Below, piece by piece: positions 61,960 through 64,000 of a stretch of DNA of 64,000 bases. The notes beneath the pieces are model-generated. The model was not told the origin of the DNA, made no database searches, and was given only the letters and a program-made list of their open reading frames with translations. A program made the translations under genes and the position numbers. Each line of letters starts with the position of its first letter. The stretch's first letter is position 1. Location: contig JAUCBJ010008794.1 of NCBI GenBank assembly GCA_032718475.1, positions 62,001-126,000 of the forward strand, given 5' to 3'. The DNA is from Nemertoderma westbladi (taxonomy: Eukaryota; Animalia; Xenacoelomorpha).

Positions 61960-63215
61960 CTGACGGCAGTCAGCTGACCGGTGGTTTCGCCTTGCCTTAC
62001 GAAGGAAGGCATTCTCAGGAGCCGCCAAGCCAAGAGAGGACATTTAGAGTGTGAAGTCCCAAAAGGATAAGGAACGGGCAATGAAACGAAGATATAGATA
62101 TGTCACCAGTAACTATCCACTGGGAAGCAGCACCACAAACTTGCGCCAATCACGTTTCTGCTTGTTGATACTGGACTGCTGCGTGAGAATATAATACATT
62201 TCAAGCTTTTGCAGAATAGGCAACAGGGGTGCCGTGCAATTACTTCGAAATGTTTTTAAATCTTAAATAGTTCAGTTCAGTAAGTCAGCCAACATGTATT
62301 GGGCTCACCGAGGTGTGTCATGATGTGGTTGTGCACAATCTGTGTTGCCTTGTTCACTACCATCTCTAGCAATCCCATCCTGTTGCTGTCAAACGCGTTC
62401 AAACAAGTGTTGGATAGTGTGTCCAATATATTCCCCCTTACAATAGGGACAAGAGAATGAATAAACAACGTTTGAAGCAAGAATATCTGGGACAGGGTGT
62501 TTCAGAGGAGCGACTGGCGTAGTTGGATGTTGTGAAAACAAACCGAACTGGCCGTGTGCACGACGTTGGTATGAGACACGCAACCTTCGCACAAACAGAT
62601 CGGTTGCCCGACCTCGGTACTAAAACTTACATATGATGGGCCTGGAATCGTCAGCAGTTACAAAATCCACCGGGTCATTGACCTCGGGGGGAACAACCGC
62701 TGGTACTCCTGCTCGCACGCCCCTTAGCGGCTTTAACAGCAGTGAGCTCGTTTTGGATCATCGCATCATTATATTGGTAATTGCCAAGAATTGGTTTAGC
62801 TTCCCCAATAGCGGTGTGGAGTTGGGAACAATCCCCACCCTTCATTACTGACGTTAAAAATACGATGGAACATACCACGAACTACAATACGTTTGTATGA
62901 CTCAGGGGCACACGCAGTAGCGTTAAGGACGAGCCCAGTATCTGTAGGCTTGCGGTACCACATTGCCGAAAGTGCGTAACTCAAACGTGTCACACTCACA
63001 ACCAAATCAAAAAAGGGCAACCGGCTCTGTTCCGGTTCCGCCATTTCAAGAGTAGACTTAAGATTGGGATGAGGTCTCTCACCTCTCTCAACTTATCAGT
63101 GGGGTCGTTATCACCAAGACCAAACACACCTCTCACTAAGTTTGGTGCCAGTAGTGATCTGCACACATAAAGATGTTGGCGAGTATGGGCCCCACAATGG
63201 GGACACCATGGTGAT
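61960..63215 (-). mobile_element. Degenerate Penelope-like element (RT C-terminus + GIY-YIG)
   Basis: LPFFDL, WYRKPTDTG, SNVVYSFSCPYCKGEYIGHT; many frameshifts. Confidence 0.85.
61971..62024 (-). ncRNA. Degenerate hammerhead ribozyme-like motif in the Penelope 3' repeat
   Basis: CTGAGAA - stem GCCTTCCTT/AAGGCAAGGC - GAAAC - short stem - GTC - AGCTG, which pairs with the upstream CGGCT. Confidence 0.5.
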
Positions 63216-64000
63216 ACGAATGAATAAGGTAATAAGTTCAAATACCGCAATGCCGGTATGAGACAAAAATACGCAACCAATAGCTTTAAAATAATTTTTC
63301 ATATTGCACTTTCATGGAGAAATTCAATATGATATGAAATAATAATTAATAATAATATTTATGATTTATCAATAATATTTATGAGATATTCATAAAGCTA
63401 AGAAATAAATATCGCCTTGTATAAGGTGTATGGCCAGCAATATATTATTACCTTAAATTAATTAATCAATTACCTATTTTACAATAATTAGCCTAAATGA
63501 CAAAGTATGTCGCCGTAAATGGATTAAATTATGCGTAATAACATGAAGTAGTTCGTTTAAAGGGTAATTCGACTTAACCAAGTAGTACAAAGTACTGTAT
63601 CGTATTGGCAGGTATATATAGGCCTAACTGTACCGGTAGTTTATGGGACCAAATTAATGATACCCCGCCAAGTATAGAAGAAACAAAAAGGCCATTTTAT
63701 TGACCAAGATAATATTATAGTGGTGATTATTTTACAGTATCCTTAAGTATACACTGACATATGTTGCCAATCATTAGCCTTATTTTATATACAAGCCTTC
63801 TTTATTATTTGATTTATTTAATCCTTACTGTCCACTATAGTATACAAACACACAGTTAGTAGTATAAATATACTACAGGATACAAACTACCTATACAGTA
63901 AACAATTAAAGACATTATGGAAAACACTCACAATAAACGGTAATATATAAACACTTGGTGTAGATCTTTTTAAACGGTTGCCTGGTTACTCTGGTTGGGT

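Overview
AT-rich animal (probably invertebrate) genomic DNA, mostly nested retroelements. There is one clear host gene, a two-exon furin/kexin-type proprotein convertase on the minus strand (58544-58112 and 46239-44540). Two paralogous Ig-like exons lie at the left end. The main signal is a BEL/Pao LTR family present as four pieces (4433-15254 +, 18317-19577 -, 21269-30875 -, 35216-38869 +). It has ~1.1-1.25 kb LTRs (TGTAAAAGC...GCGCGAACA) and a Gag-protease ORF from which RT, most of RNase H and integrase are deleted in frame, at the same junctions in two diverged copies. A second ORF before the 3' LTR encodes an RNase D/WRN/Mut-7-like DEDDy 3'-5' exonuclease plus three Cys/His zinc knuckles. 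Also present: RTE, CR1/L2 (with a 2A-like motif), a CRE-type RLE element whose RT is split by a frame-preserving GSPLQPS heptad array, a Penelope remnant with a hammerhead-like motif, a tRNA-derived SINE, Harbinger- and Merlin-type MITEs, and three large minisatellites at or inside element breakpoints. All calls come from reading motifs by eye; no searches were run.
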